Below are positions 62,568 to 64,000 of a stretch of DNA of 64,000 nt, in pieces. Every line of letters starts with the position of its first letter. The stretch's first letter is position 1. The notes below the pieces were generated by a model, which saw only the letters and a program-made list of their open reading frames with translations, did not search any database and was not told the origin of the DNA. The position numbers and the translations under genes are program-made. Source of the DNA: Carcharhinus longimanus (Eukaryota); NCBI GenBank assembly GCA_030264375.1, contig JASCQW010000137.1:40565172-40629171 (forward strand), in the 5' to 3' direction.

Positions 62568-63943
62568 CTGAAAATTGAGTTCAGTAAAAACAAACCACAA
62601 CTTGGCAGCGTGATCATCTATCTGTGGCATTGATATTGTAATGCAGACTTTATTTACTGCAGCAACCGTTTTCACACCGTTTATAAATAGTCTTCTGATT
62701 GAGAAGTTCAAGTACTGTACCCTGGACTCTTCTGATGCCAGTCTGCTCTGGATCTCCCTCTCTAACACCAGGAGCAGAGTTTAGAAATGACACCTTGGAA
62801 GTCTGAAATTCCCCTGCTAAACTCCACAGCGGATAGGATTTTCTGGTCCCCCCATTGCATGTTTTCCAGCGACGGAAGCGGCTTGCCGTTGGCTGCTGGT
62901 TGGATCTTCCGGTCCTGCAGATATTTATGACGTTTTGTATGGCTCACCATCCTCCACACCACCACCACCGTCCCCCCTACCCTCCCCACCCACTGGGCAG
63001 GGAACCTGACGTGAGGCCACCTTCAGTGGGACTGGAAGATCCCACTGGCAGGAAGGGCTGGAAAATCATACCCCATATCTCTTTCCACTGCCAACCAGCT
63101 TCCCTACTACTTCGACTTTGATTTCGATCGCATCTCCTCACCCCTATTTCTTGCTGTTACTGACCTTTCTGCAGCCACTATCCTCCCCTCCTCCCCATAA
63201 GGCATCTTCAGGTACTTCCCTATTTTTAAAGGGCCCTCCTTACATTATAATAGAGATTGCACCCCAGAAACAGAGTGCCTCATTGGCTGGCCAGCATTTG
63301 TCGCCCATTTCTAATTGTCCCTGAGAAGGTGGTGGTGGTGGTGTGCCATTTTCTTGCCCATCTGCAGTCCTACGTACACCCACTCTGTTGCTGTTAGGGA
63401 CAGTTTCAGGACTTTGATCCAGTGACACTGAATGAACGGCAATACATTTTCAAGTCAGGGTTGAATCCCTGACTTGATGGCAATGGTGAAGTGAAATGCA
63501 TGTCAGGCCATGAGTTTACAGATTGAGGTTGAATTGAATTCTGCTGTTGCTGGTGGCCCACACCACCTCATGGATGCCCAGTTTTGAGCTGCTAAATCTG
63601 TGCTGAATCTATCTCGTTTGGCAGAGTGGTAATGTCGCACAACACAGTAGAGGGTATTATTATAAACCCAATTTTTATATCAAAAATGTATTTATTAATT
63701 GAGTGGGGTGAGATTACAGGATAAGTTTAAAAAGACTGAACAACAGTGAATAAAAGACTAAACAGCAGTCCATAAGATGGCTGAACACTTGCATTGCTGT
63801 ACCCTAAAAATTACAAAACTATCAGCAAGATACTGCATTATCTAGAAGTAGCCCAGTACAAGCAATCGATTTCGATCAATGTGAATGACCCATCTACTGA
63901 ATATTCATAAAACATCCAGATCCCACCTGCATCTGGATCAAGA

Positions 63944-64000
63944 GGCATGGTGGCACAGTGGTTAACACTGCTGCCTCACAGCACCACAGACCCATGTTCG
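63944..64000 (+). mobile_element. HE1 SINE head, cut by window end
   Basis: ggcatggtggcacagtggttaacactgctgcctcacagc. Confidence 0.9.

Overview
Repeat-rich, gapped vertebrate DNA, almost certainly from a shark or other elasmobranch (HE1-type tRNA SINEs, HER1/CR1 LINEs, Deu-domain SINEs). It is intronic or intergenic. No complete gene is present, and nearly all ORF-track entries are repeat- or gap-derived. Content: CR1/HER1, Rex-Babar, Tx1 and RTE LINE fragments, three SINE groups, a deleted Gypsy element with both LTRs, solo LTRs, Harbinger Myb/SANT relics with related MITEs, and several weak exon candidates. The best signal is two families of short fold-back elements with Penelope-like architecture that carry minimal type-I hammerhead ribozymes (CUGAnGA-stem II-GAAA), with stem II differing between copies but staying paired. 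One copy has an intact ribozyme on + and a mirror core on - (33725-33848). Hammerheads in Penelope-like elements are established, so only these particular non-autonomous families could be new. Also notable are a 297-bp inverted duplication, a 53-bp inverted repeat over a candidate exon and a templated insertion inside a LINE. Family names are from recognition by eye and boundaries are approximate.
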